In this document: piece by piece, positions 1-9,684 of the stretch
Position numbering within the stretch: position 1 is the stretch's first letter
How the letters are laid out: every line of letters starts with the position of its first letter
Assembly (NCBI GenBank): GCA_014728035.1
Contig: WJMJ01000018.1
Coordinates: 32,001-96,000, forward strand
Source: Promethearchaeota archaeon
GTDB lineage: Archaea; Asgardarchaeota; Thorarchaeia; Thorarchaeales; Thorarchaeaceae
Length of the DNA: 64,000 nt
Direction of reading: 5' to 3'
Program-made: the position numbers and the translations under genes
The notes under the pieces: generated by a model
Seen by the model: only the letters and a program-made list of their open reading frames with translations
What the model was told of the DNA's origin: nothing
The model's database searches: none

Positions 1-1311
1 GCTCTGGTAGAATTAGGAGCTGATACAAACGTTTCAACTGATAGAAATCAGACTCCTCTTATGTTAGCTGCAGGACTAGGTAAGATGGATATAGCAGTTT
101 ATCTCCTAGAAAACGGAGCTGATCCCGCCATTGCTCGAGTTGATGGTTTTTCGGTGCTAATGGCAGCATGCCAAGGAAATCAGCTGAAACTAGCCAAAAT
201 CTTGGTTGAGCAATATAATTGTGATGTTAATACAATAGCTGATGATGGGTGGAGTGCTCTTTCCTATGCGATACAATATGCAGATGATAAATGTGTGCTG
301 TACCTGCTTGAGAACGGTGCAGAACCAAGATGGGAAAATGAATCGCAAAACGAATTGATCGAAAAAATTATTGAAAACGGAAATATTGAGATTATTGGAA
401 AAATCCTAGACACAGGAGCTAATATTGAAACAAGACTTCGTCGAGGATGGACCCCATTTATGGTAGCTGTTGAAAAAAGCTCCATTGAAACTGTTGAATA
501 TCTAATATCGAAAGGTGCAAATATAGACGCAACAACAAAAGAGGGATTCACTCCTATAATAATCGCCGCTGAGATGGGTCGAAAAGAAGTTGTTGATATC
601 TTGCTAGATAATGAAGCGAACTTCATGGCTAGCAGCACTGGCGGCTACACCAGTCTAATGGCAGCATCAGCTGGTGGATTGGTAGACTTTGTCAAGTTCT
701 TAATTGACAATAATGAAGAACCTACTTACTCGACAAGAAGCGGATGGACTCCTATTGCATTTGCGACGCAAAATGGACAAGTGGATGTCATCGAGATTCT
801 TATAGAAAAAGGAGCTGAAATCGACCCTCAAGATGACAAAGGATACACACCATTGTTGATAGCAATTCTTAAGGATGATGTCAAATGCGCTCGTAAACTA
901 ATTGAACTCGGTGCAAATTTGGAGATACCTGACAAAGAAGGATGGACACCTTTGATTAGTGCTGCATCAAGGGGATTAAAGGAAATCACAGATGTTCTTG
1001 TAGAAAAAGGAGCTGATACGAAATACCGAAGGCCAAATGGTTATGGCTTGTTAATGGCAGCGTCTGTGGGAGGTCTCACGGACCTTGTAAAACTTGCACT
1101 TGAAGAGGGCAGTGATATCAATGAGATTGATGGTGATAGTGTGACTGCGCTTATCTATGCAGCTGAAAACGGTAACCTCGACACTGTGAAATTTCTTATT
1201 GAACATGGTGCAGATCCGAAAATCACTGATAATCAAGGAAATAATGCCTTGGAATGTGCTCGGGCTGTAGGACAACCTGAAGTTATTGAGTTTCTTGAAG
1301 ATTATTATTGA
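1..1311 (+). CDS. Ankyrin-repeat protein (5' end runs off the window)
   Basis: About 13 tandem 33-aa repeats with G-x-T-P/A-L-x-x-A...G...v..Ll..GA consensus. Frame 1 is open from base 1 (ALVELGADTN...TPLMLAA), so the gene begins upstream of the window. Confidence 0.93.
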   Translation, partial: ALVELGADTNVSTDRNQTPLMLAAGLGKMDIAVYLLENGADPAIARVDGFSVLMAACQGNQLKLAKILVEQYNCDVNTIADDGWSALSYAIQYADDKCVLYLLENGAEPRWENESQNELIEKIIENGNIEIIGKILDTGANIETRLRRGWTPFMVAVEKSSIETVEYLISKGANIDATTKEGFTPIIIAAEMGRKEVVDILLDNEANFMASSTGGYTSLMAASAGGLVDFVKFLIDNNEEPTYSTRSGWTPIAFATQNGQVDVIEILIEKGAEIDPQDDKGYTPLLIAILKDDVKCARKLIELGANLEIPDKEGWTPLISAASRGLKEITDVLVEKGADTKYRRPNGYGLLMAASVGGLTDLVKLALEEGSDINEIDGDSVTALIYAAENGNLDTVKFLIEHGADPKITDNQGNNALECARAVGQPEVIEFLEDYY

Positions 1312-1352
1312 AATGTGCAGGGAGGAGTATAAAGAAACTCATCTCATGTTGA

Positions 1353-2876
1353 CTAATTCATCAATATTTGTGACGCCTCAAAAGCATAGTCTAATAGAAC
1401 TCCAGGAAAGATGAATAGAATAATTATAGCCAAAGTAGAGATTATCACAGCAAACAGTGGTATCCGTGGTAATTGCATCCTCTCCACAGGTTCATCTAAT
1501 TCTTCACTGAATATCCCTTCATCCATATAGGTAACTTTCAGGATTCGTAGGTAATAACCTAATGAGAATACTGAGTTAAGCAATCCAATAAGGGCAAGCC
1601 ACCAGAAACCAACTTCAACTGCACTCTGGAATAAAATCAATTTAGACCAGAATCCTGCAGTCAATGGCATACCCGCCAAGGATAATACTAAGATTGCAAG
1701 AGATGCTGCGGCAATAGGAGATTTTCTACTTAGCCCCTTCAAATCATCATATGTGACTTGTTTTCCAAGTCTGATAGTTATGGACCAGATTAAAATGAAT
1801 ATTCCAGTCTTCATAATCGCATGGATAAATGCATGAAAGAGCGCGGCTGAAGCACCAAATTCGGTTCCTGCAGCAATACCTATGAAAAGATAACCCATCA
1901 TAGCAATACTCGAATATGCAAGCATCTTCATGATATTTTGTTCGGAGAGAGCTAGTAAGTTTCCAATAATCATAGTCAGTATCGATACGATTACTAAAAG
2001 TGGCATCCATTCTAATCTAGCTGTGAACATACCTACCATAAGTATCTGAATCAGCGCTGCTATTCCAGCTTTCTTTGTTGCACCAGCAAGATATGCGGTA
2101 ATACTTCCATCTGCAGTGCTGTACGTATCTGGCACCCACATCCACCCAGGAAATACTCCAATTTTGAAGCCAAAAGCTATGATGAAGGTAATCAAGGCCA
2201 AAATGATTGCATATGCTGCTGCGGGTGATACTGAAGATTCAGCCCATATAATAGTAATAGTGGTACCAATTGCTGATAGAGAGGTGACTCCAGTAACACC
2301 AATGATGATAGCGATTCCAAATATTAGAAAAGTAGTCGACAACAATCCCATTACAAAATACTTTGTAGCACCATCAACAGCACCACGATGGGGACCTAAA
2401 GCTACAAGTATGTATGTTGGTGTTGACATTAGTTCCCATGCAATGAAAAGAGCAACAATATCGGTTGCCATAACAACCCATATAGCTCCAGCAAATGACA
2501 TCAGCAAGAGGAAATTATAGGGACCTTTGTCCCCTCCAAATAATGTTGAAGACATCAAGACAAAAACAGCCACGACAAGAATCATGACTATGAAGAAATC
2601 AGAAAATGTGTTTCTTACAAATAGACCTCCAAAAGAAAAGCCATACGTTGCAGAATCGAAAATAAGGACCCAAATTCCAGATGTAATAACTCCAATAAAG
2701 CTGAGAGGTAAAGGATTCTTCTTCATTCCTACTAACAGAACTAGTAAAGAGAAACTCACTAGAGTCAGAGCTGGCAGAGACCCAACCCAATCAACTGGTA
2801 CTATTTGAAGAATGATATCACGCACTGGTGCTAAGACCAGTCTAACAGAATCCAAGATTGATGTGAATTGTAACAT
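1353..2876 (-). CDS. nuoN: Complex I-like antiporter subunit NuoN
   Basis: Polytopic membrane protein with WELMS..YIL, 'GATKYF', GFKIG..P..W.PD.Y, LAYSSIA and G.PLTAGF..K motifs; last gene of the nuo cluster. Confidence 0.9.
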   Translation of the reverse strand: MLQFTSILDSVRLVLAPVRDIILQIVPVDWVGSLPALTLVSFSLLVLLVGMKKNPLPLSFIGVITSGIWVLIFDSATYGFSFGGLFVRNTFSDFFIVMILVVAVFVLMSSTLFGGDKGPYNFLLLMSFAGAIWVVMATDIVALFIAWELMSTPTYILVALGPHRGAVDGATKYFVMGLLSTTFLIFGIAIIIGVTGVTSLSAIGTTITIIWAESSVSPAAAYAIILALITFIIAFGFKIGVFPGWMWVPDTYSTADGSITAYLAGATKKAGIAALIQILMVGMFTARLEWMPLLVIVSILTMIIGNLLALSEQNIMKMLAYSSIAMMGYLFIGIAAGTEFGASAALFHAFIHAIMKTGIFILIWSITIRLGKQVTYDDLKGLSRKSPIAAASLAILVLSLAGMPLTAGFWSKLILFQSAVEVGFWWLALIGLLNSVFSLGYYLRILKVTYMDEGIFSEELDEPVERMQLPRIPLFAVIISTLAIIILFIFPGVLLDYAFEASQILMN

Positions 2877-4393
2877 TATGGAACACCTCCAACTATGAAG
2901 TCTGCTGATGCACGTATCAAATCCAGAATAAGATCAGGCCAGACTCCAAGGAGAATAACAGGAATTAACATGATTATAGGAGCAATTAGATCAGACCATG
3001 GAGCATCTTCAACGTCTTTTTCAGGGTCAGGTTCACTGAAGACTATTCGATTCAGTGTCCATAGTAAATAACCTACAGTGAGAAATATTCCGAATGCAAT
3101 CACTGGCGCCCAGATATATACTACTACTGATCCAAATATGATCAAGGCCTCTGCAACAAACCCACTAAGTCCAGGCAAACCAAATGCTGCAAATGATGCG
3201 AGTATTAGAACTGCGGACATCTTCGGTGCCTTTGTCATAAGACCTTGAATATCAGGAATCTCCCGTGTTCCAGCTGCATATTTCAATTGTCCCGCCATAA
3301 TGAACATGACTGAGATAATGACTCCATGAGACACCATCATGAAGACAGCTCCTTGGATTGCTAGACTTGTTCCTACCGCAACTCCAAGTAGTACCCAAGA
3401 CATATGATTGATGGAAGTATAAGCTACCATGGATTTCATATCGGTCTGAGCTAGTGCAGTGAATGCAGCATAGATGCAAGTGAAAATAGCAAGAATTGCA
3501 AATGGAATGCTTAGCTGTACAAATGCATCTGGTATAAGCCAGAGACCCAATCGAATGAAGCCATACCCACCCATTTTCAACAATATTCCCGCAAGGATAA
3601 CAGAGCCAGGTGTGGGTGCTTTCACATGAGCCCAAGGAAGCCAATTGTGTAATGGGAAGATAGGTAGTTTCACTCCTGCACCCATAAAGACGGCTAATGC
3701 GAATCCAATCTGGATATCGATGGGGAGACCCATTTCTCTTAGTAATAGCATATTGAACGTGTGAGGAGTTGAAACAAAGAACAGGACAAAGAATCCAACC
3801 AACATCACTGCAGAGCCAAGATGTGTGTAGATGAAGAACTTGATAGCTGCATGTTGACTACCTTCTTCACCCCATCTACCAATGATAAAGAACATGGGAA
3901 TCAGAACGAGTTCCCAGAAGATGAAGAACCCAATCAAGTCCAAGGACATAAAGACTCCAAGTAGACCTGACTGTAGAAGAAGTATAAGAGCATAGTAGAG
4001 GCCTTTTGATTTGTTAATGTGATTAGAACTGATTGTTGCTATGAGAACTACAAGATTTGCTAAGATGACCATAGCAACTGAGATTCCATCAACTCCCAAA
4101 TACAACTGAAAGGAGATATCAGAAGAGCCTGTGGTAAGAGTTGCAAACGTGTACTCCCATAAGAATTGCATTCCAGCAAAGGGGTCTCCTTCTGCGTAAG
4201 TTGTGGTAATGGAGAATGCTAGGACAAAAGCTAGCACCAGTTCAATTGATGTAATCAGAAGTGCTATGCCACGAGACCCCCTCGAACCTGCAAAGTATGC
4301 TATGATTGATCCCAGGATTGGTAAGACAACCATCAGTGGAAGGATGTCGTAAGGCAATAAACCCAGAATTGTTTGTACAATATCACTCTGCAT
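2876..4393 (-). CDS. nuoM: Complex I-like antiporter subunit NuoM
   Basis: LGVDGIS, FFIFWELVLIPMFFII..WG, AAIKFFIYT, VKLP.FPLH.WLP.AH..AP, LLKMGGYG and GLPG.SGFV.E motifs. Confidence 0.92.
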   Translation of the reverse strand: MQSDIVQTILGLLPYDILPLMVVLPILGSIIAYFAGSRGSRGIALLITSIELVLAFVLAFSITTTYAEGDPFAGMQFLWEYTFATLTTGSSDISFQLYLGVDGISVAMVILANLVVLIATISSNHINKSKGLYYALILLLQSGLLGVFMSLDLIGFFIFWELVLIPMFFIIGRWGEEGSQHAAIKFFIYTHLGSAVMLVGFFVLFFVSTPHTFNMLLLREMGLPIDIQIGFALAVFMGAGVKLPIFPLHNWLPWAHVKAPTPGSVILAGILLKMGGYGFIRLGLWLIPDAFVQLSIPFAILAIFTCIYAAFTALAQTDMKSMVAYTSINHMSWVLLGVAVGTSLAIQGAVFMMVSHGVIISVMFIMAGQLKYAAGTREIPDIQGLMTKAPKMSAVLILASFAAFGLPGLSGFVAEALIIFGSVVVYIWAPVIAFGIFLTVGYLLWTLNRIVFSEPDPEKDVEDAPWSDLIAPIIMLIPVILLGVWPDLILDLIRASADFIVGGVP

Positions 4394-6586
4394 TTAGATT
4401 ACCCCCAGCCAAATCAATGCGATAATCGCCATGAGTCCAACACCAAAGATAATGACACTAACATAGTCATTCACTCGACCTGTTTGTGCATGTTGACTGA
4501 ACTCAGATGCTTCCACGCTACGGCTCGATACGCCCTCGGCAAACCCATCAACCACATTATCATCAAACCACCGTATCCTTCTAGACAGTCCAATAGCTAG
4601 ATCCGCTGAACGGAAATCAATTCCATCGATAATTCGATTGTCAATTCTTTCTCTCCACCAATTAGCAAAGGAAAGGATTTTTTTCAATATCCAATAGTAT
4701 GCTTCGTTGATATACCAACGATGACGTAGAAAGTTGTAAACTCTTCTTCTAAAGCCATTTTCAGGAATGACTGCATTTGGTGTGTCAGCACCCTTGATGT
4801 AAATAAGATACCCAGGAATACCACCCAGAGCTAATGCACCAAGCGTGATAGTAAACGGTACAAGGCCCGGCATGGTCAATTTAACCAATATCATCTCAAG
4901 CATCGTTTCAGACCATAGAGATGCTGTTAGTACCCCTTCCTCCAATACAATACCTTGAACAAACGGATAGACTGTAAATGCAACGACAGTAAATGCTGCA
5001 AGAATATACAGTGGAACCATCATTGCTGGTCCTGGGTCATGTGGCGTTTGATGGTGGCTTTCTTCTTGTTCATCATCTGCTGAATCTTCCTGTTCAAAGT
5101 TGGAAGAGCCATAGAATGTCATACCCATGAGTCGGAAACTATAGAATATCGTACATGCAGCAGCAACGACTGCAAATGCAAAGAGAACCCATCCTAGTGT
5201 GTTATGTAGTGCAAGCTCGTAAGTGTATTCAATAATAGAATCTTTTGACCAGAATCCTGAGAATGGGGGTAAACCAGAAAGAGCAAGGACCCCTATCCAC
5301 ATCACAATGAAGGTTTTCCGCATATGCTTTTTGAGACCTCCCATCTTGGTCATATATTTCGTATGAACCCCATGAATCACACCACCTGCTGCTAGAAACA
5401 GTAGAGCTTTGAATACCCCATGGCTGATAACATGAAGAATGCTTGAGAGATATGCATGTTCATAATGAGTCAATAGGCCACCTACACCAATAGCCAGCAT
5501 CATATATCCTAACTGACTCAAAGTCGAAAACGCAAGGACTTGTTTTAGCTCATTTGAAACCATACCCATAGTAGCAGTCATGAGTGCAGTAATAGCACCG
5601 ATAATAGCAACTACTGTAAAGAAGGGCAAGGCTGCTTCAAATCCAATAATCTGTAACGGGGCAAAAATCGATTCAGCATGACTTCCTCCTGCAGCTTCTA
5701 CCATGGTCACAAGAAACCTAGCGCTTATGTAGATACCAGCTTTTACCATTGTGGCTGCGTGAATCAATGCAGATACAGCAGTTGGTCCTGCCATAGCTTC
5801 GGGTAACCAGACCTGCAGAGGTGCTTGACCAGATTTTCCAATTGCGCCCATGAACAATAGTAAGAATGTAGGGACTAACATACCAGTAGATGCCATCACA
5901 CTCCACCAATGTTGGGCATCATGAGACATCTCGGTAAATGAAAAGGTTCCAGTAAAGACGAAGAGAAGAAGAATGCCTCCTAGCATGAATGCATCTCCAA
6001 TTCGAGTAACGATGAATGCTTTTGTTCCGCAATGTGTGTTGTATTCACCTTCGGTCTCAAAGTTCAGTAGTGGGTTATCAGAATCGATGTCTGAAGGGTC
6101 GGTTTCAGGAGGATTTCGTTTGTCATTCCAGAAACCAATGAGGCCGTAAGAACAGAAGCCCATTATCTCCCACCCAATAAAAGCGATAAGTAGGCTATCG
6201 CTGAGAACTAATGTAAGCATTCCACCACCAAAAGCAAGCATAAGAAAGAAGAATCTATCACGGTCCTCTTCATGCGCCATGTATTCAGTACTATATACAT
6301 AAATCAGAAAACATAATGTGCTTGCCAATATAGCCATGATGACTGATAGTGGATCTAGAAGAACTGAAAATTCTAAGTTCATAGATTCAATCCAAAGCCA
6401 AGATGTTGTGGTTGCAGGATTATTAATCTCAAATAGTAAGGACCAGCAAAAAGCCATAGCTATACCCATAATGATAGCGGGGGTCCAGTCACGTATTTTT
6501 TCACTGAATTTTCCAACAAGTGGAACTAGTAAAGATCCTGCTAAGGGTAATACAAGAATCAAGTAGTAGGGTAGTCCAAACAACAT
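4394..6586 (-). CDS. nuoL: Complex I-like antiporter subunit NuoL with extended transverse helix
   Basis: WE.MG.CSY.LIGFW, KAF..TRIGD, GKS.Q.PL..WLP.AM.GPT.VSALIHAATMV.AG, H..FKALLFL, GF.SKD, and C-terminal QTG.V..Y; GAGGTGA RBS overlaps the upstream stop. Confidence 0.95.
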   Translation of the reverse strand: MLFGLPYYLILVLPLAGSLLVPLVGKFSEKIRDWTPAIIMGIAMAFCWSLLFEINNPATTTSWLWIESMNLEFSVLLDPLSVIMAILASTLCFLIYVYSTEYMAHEEDRDRFFFLMLAFGGGMLTLVLSDSLLIAFIGWEIMGFCSYGLIGFWNDKRNPPETDPSDIDSDNPLLNFETEGEYNTHCGTKAFIVTRIGDAFMLGGILLLFVFTGTFSFTEMSHDAQHWWSVMASTGMLVPTFLLLFMGAIGKSGQAPLQVWLPEAMAGPTAVSALIHAATMVKAGIYISARFLVTMVEAAGGSHAESIFAPLQIIGFEAALPFFTVVAIIGAITALMTATMGMVSNELKQVLAFSTLSQLGYMMLAIGVGGLLTHYEHAYLSSILHVISHGVFKALLFLAAGGVIHGVHTKYMTKMGGLKKHMRKTFIVMWIGVLALSGLPPFSGFWSKDSIIEYTYELALHNTLGWVLFAFAVVAAACTIFYSFRLMGMTFYGSSNFEQEDSADDEQEESHHQTPHDPGPAMMVPLYILAAFTVVAFTVYPFVQGIVLEEGVLTASLWSETMLEMILVKLTMPGLVPFTITLGALALGGIPGYLIYIKGADTPNAVIPENGFRRRVYNFLRHRWYINEAYYWILKKILSFANWWRERIDNRIIDGIDFRSADLAIGLSRRIRWFDDNVVDGFAEGVSSRSVEASEFSQHAQTGRVNDYVSVIIFGVGLMAIIALIWLGVI

Positions 6587-6597
6587 ATCATATCACC

Positions 6598-8109
6598 TCA
6601 TGGGAGAAGTCCACTTACTCCTTCTAAACCGCTGAGTATAATATCCAAGGCTACACCTGGGAAGATTCCAAAGAACACAATTAACACTCCTAGGATAATC
6701 ATTGGAATGACCATGGAACGGGGTGCTTCAGATACATCTTCAAGTTCATCTGGGTGAGTTCCTAGAAATACCCTCCAGAGAAACCGCAACATGTATCCAG
6801 CACTAACAATCGAACTTGAAACAGCTAAAACGCTAAGAATGAGAAACTCAGGCCGAAGAATTCCAGAAGATGAGACCAGAGCTGCATCAAAACCACCTAG
6901 AAACATCATCCATTCACTTGCGAACCCGGATAATGGAGGACTACCAGCAATACTCATAGCTCCAATAGCTGCTGTAAAAGCAGTGAGGGGCATCTTATTT
7001 GATAGCCCACCCATCTTTGTAATATCACGAAGTCCAGTCTGGTGAATGACAGCTCCAGCAGCCATAAACAATAGTCCTTTGGAGAAAGCATGATTGATTA
7101 GATGGAATAATCCGCCACTAACACCCATAGTTGTATAGACTCCTAGTGAAAACAAAATGTATCCCATCTGTGAAACAGAAGAATAGGCTAGAAGACGCTT
7201 GATATCAATCTGAGCCAAAGCCATGAAACCACCATAGAACATGGTCAGCACTCCGATAACTGCAATCCAAAATGAAAGTGCTGCTGCTGCAGGACCAAGT
7301 AAAATCGACCCGAAACGAACAAGTGCATATGCACCAGTTTCAATCATAGCTCCTGAAAGAAGAACAGAAATTGGAGTTGGAGCTTCAGCATGTACAGGTG
7401 GTAACCACCAATGAATGGGAAAGACTGCCATTTTGACTAAGAATCCAGCAGCCATAAGTATGAAGATAATCTTGAGCAGGTCAGTAACTGCAGAACCAGC
7501 CAATGCAGTCTGAATAACTTGTAATTCAAAAGAGCCTGTGAGCATATAGAGGAAGCCAAAACCTACCAAAATGCACAGAGCGCCCGATTGAGTATATAAC
7601 CAGAACTTCATTGCGGTGCGCTTGCGAGTTTCAGGAAGTCCCCAGAAAAGTATCAGAAAGTAACTTGGAACAAGCATTATTTCCCAAGCGATAAAGAATT
7701 CGATGAGATTTGTTGCTAGAACCACCCACTGCATGCCCATTAGAAAGAAGAGTTGATTTGCAAAGAAAGTGGGTTTATTCTTCGTGTGATCAGTATATCC
7801 GACTGCATAAACCACTGATAGAAAACCAAGAACAACTATGGCAAATACAATAGGAAATGAAACTCCATCTAAGAATAGAGCAAATTCACCAAATACCGCA
7901 GACCACGTTGCAGCTTCTTTTGCAACCCCGCCCTCAATCATGACTCGATAAAATGGTAGAATCATCAATACCATCGAAGCAAATGAAAACCCAACTGCCA
8001 CTTTTCCAGCTGAAGTCTCTAATCGAGATTTGAGGAGATAGATTAACAGAGCTCCTACAAAGAGAACAGCAAGTGAGCTACCCATAAATGGAAAGTTCAC
8101 GAATTGCAC
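6598..8109 (-). CDS. Second NuoM/MrpD-like antiporter subunit (extra pump subunit, M')
   Basis: FFIAWE..LVPSYFLI..WG, AMKF, VKMA.FP.H.WLP..H.EAPTP.S and D.KR.LAYSS.SQMG motifs. Likely start is GTG 8109, overlapping the nuoI stop and preceded by GGAGGT (ORF track starts at 8133). Confidence 0.85.
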   Translation of the reverse strand: MQFVNFPFMGSSLAVLFVGALLIYLLKSRLETSAGKVAVGFSFASMVLMILPFYRVMIEGGVAKEAATWSAVFGEFALFLDGVSFPIVFAIVVLGFLSVVYAVGYTDHTKNKPTFFANQLFFLMGMQWVVLATNLIEFFIAWEIMLVPSYFLILFWGLPETRKRTAMKFWLYTQSGALCILVGFGFLYMLTGSFELQVIQTALAGSAVTDLLKIIFILMAAGFLVKMAVFPIHWWLPPVHAEAPTPISVLLSGAMIETGAYALVRFGSILLGPAAAALSFWIAVIGVLTMFYGGFMALAQIDIKRLLAYSSVSQMGYILFSLGVYTTMGVSGGLFHLINHAFSKGLLFMAAGAVIHQTGLRDITKMGGLSNKMPLTAFTAAIGAMSIAGSPPLSGFASEWMMFLGGFDAALVSSSGILRPEFLILSVLAVSSSIVSAGYMLRFLWRVFLGTHPDELEDVSEAPRSMVIPMIILGVLIVFFGIFPGVALDIILSGLEGVSGLLP

Positions 8110-8540
8110 TAGCGAAACCTCCGTCCTCGCCATTCTAAAGGTTCACGGTCAAGGGTGGTAATCTTATCTGGTCCATAGAGTAAATCTTCACGTTCTCCTT
8201 CGCTGATATCAACAACTTTCGTGTGATAGAGTGCTTCAAATCTACAAGCTTGAACACAGAGCCCACAGAATATACACCGGGTATAATCAAAGTACAATGC
8301 AGCATCTTTCTCATACTTTTGATCAGCTGTGTCAATTGATATAGCTACAACCGGACATGCACGAACACACTGTTTGCATGCTGTACAATTCTCTCTGACA
8401 TGAATGTGTCTACCACGAGTCCGTTCAGGATAGTCTCTATCTTCGAAGGGATAGAAGTAGGTGAAGGGTCTCTTGAAGATCTGTCTGAATACATTTTTAA
8501 GTATTTGAAATATATCACCTAGCGTTGAGAAGAATCCCAT
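8109..8540 (-). CDS. nuoI: Complex I-like 2x[4Fe-4S] subunit NuoI
   Basis: T..YP.E...P.R.RG.H followed by CxxCxxCxxxCP and CIFCGLCxxxC. ATG 8540 follows GGAGGT (the ORF-track start at 8648 lies inside nuoH). Confidence 0.92.
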   Translation of the reverse strand: MGFFSTLGDIFQILKNVFRQIFKRPFTYFYPFEDRDYPERTRGRHIHVRENCTACKQCVRACPVVAISIDTADQKYEKDAALYFDYTRCIFCGLCVQACRFEALYHTKVVDISEGEREDLLYGPDKITTLDREPLEWRGRRFR

Positions 8541-8545
8541 TATTT

Positions 8546-9676
8546 TCAACCTCCGAGAAGCAGCAATCCGGCTAATCCCGGAATATACACAATAGCAAGC
8601 ATTGCTAGCACGACATTGAGTATCGAAAGTGGTAGCAGATATTTCCAACAGTACTCTACAATCTGGTCAGGTCTCAATCGATAGAAAGATGAAGTGACAA
8701 CTATGTAGAGAAAGAAAACGATTAAAAATTTGATAATGAAGTTCATAGCTGGAGGAAGGAAAGGTAATCCAAATGACCCTCCAAAGAACAATGCAACCAT
8801 CATAGCACTGTATAGCATCTGTTCTGCAAATTCAGCAAAATAAGTCATAGTGAAATAAATTCCTGTAAACTCAGTTCTCCATCCAAAAATAATCTCTGAG
8901 TCAGCTACCGGTGAATCGAAGGGGAATGTTCCAACAGATGCGATAGAACTAACCATGAAAGTCACTAGGTTGATGGGGAGTAAAAGAACAAACCAGATAC
9001 TGTTCTGAGCTTGTGCTATACCCATTAAGCTTAGAGACCCAGCCAACATTGCAGGACCTACTGACGAGATTATCATGGGAATCTCCGCAGCAAATTGATT
9101 GTTTGCTGCTCTAAAACCCCCAATGAGAGAATATTTCGATCCGGATACCCAACCTGCTAAGAGTGCAATTACTGGTACTGCAGTTAGAAAGGCAAAGATT
9201 AGAACAAGACTAACACTGAGGTCGGCAATAAACCAAGTTGGAGACCAAGGTATGAATGCAAATGGTAGTAGAACTATCACTAATAGCAAACACGGAAGAA
9301 ATCTGAACATCCAGCGTTTTGCCTTGTCAGGGATAATGGTCTCTTTTGAAACCAGCTTGATTGCATCTGCGAACAACTGGAATCCTCCAAATTTACCAAT
9401 ATGAAATGGTCCTCGTCTGTCTTGTATCCGCCCCCACATTTTCCGGGTGAACCAGACAGAAAAAATAATTCCCAGTACAATAAATACGAGACCAGGAAAG
9501 AGTATGGCCCTGAAAAGAAACCAAAAGTTATCAATGACTGCTGCCCAAGCAAATACAAAGATTCCCCAGATGCCATTGAAGACCCAGACAATGATTCCGT
9601 GTAACCACATAATGACATCATATAGCCAAGTTGGAATGCCTGCAAGCCATTGAAAGAAATCTATCTGTAACATCAT
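8546..9676 (-). CDS. nuoH: Complex I-like subunit NuoH
   Basis: RK..GRIQ.R.GP...G..G..Q..ADAIKL..KE, SKYSL.GG.R, PFD.P.A.SE and R.RPDQ....W motifs; start after GGAGTG. Confidence 0.93.
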   Translation of the reverse strand: MMLQIDFFQWLAGIPTWLYDVIMWLHGIIVWVFNGIWGIFVFAWAAVIDNFWFLFRAILFPGLVFIVLGIIFSVWFTRKMWGRIQDRRGPFHIGKFGGFQLFADAIKLVSKETIIPDKAKRWMFRFLPCLLLVIVLLPFAFIPWSPTWFIADLSVSLVLIFAFLTAVPVIALLAGWVSGSKYSLIGGFRAANNQFAAEIPMIISSVGPAMLAGSLSLMGIAQAQNSIWFVLLLPINLVTFMVSSIASVGTFPFDSPVADSEIIFGWRTEFTGIYFTMTYFAEFAEQMLYSAMMVALFFGGSFGLPFLPPAMNFIIKFLIVFFLYIVVTSSFYRLRPDQIVEYCWKYLLPLSILNVVLAMLAIVYIPGLAGLLLLGG

Positions 9677-9684
9677 AATCACTC

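Noticed and set aside
1353-8109. Stand-alone Mrp Na+/H+ antiporter operon
   Set aside because: No MrpE/F/G, and the genes are translationally coupled to nuoA/J/K/C/D/H/I.
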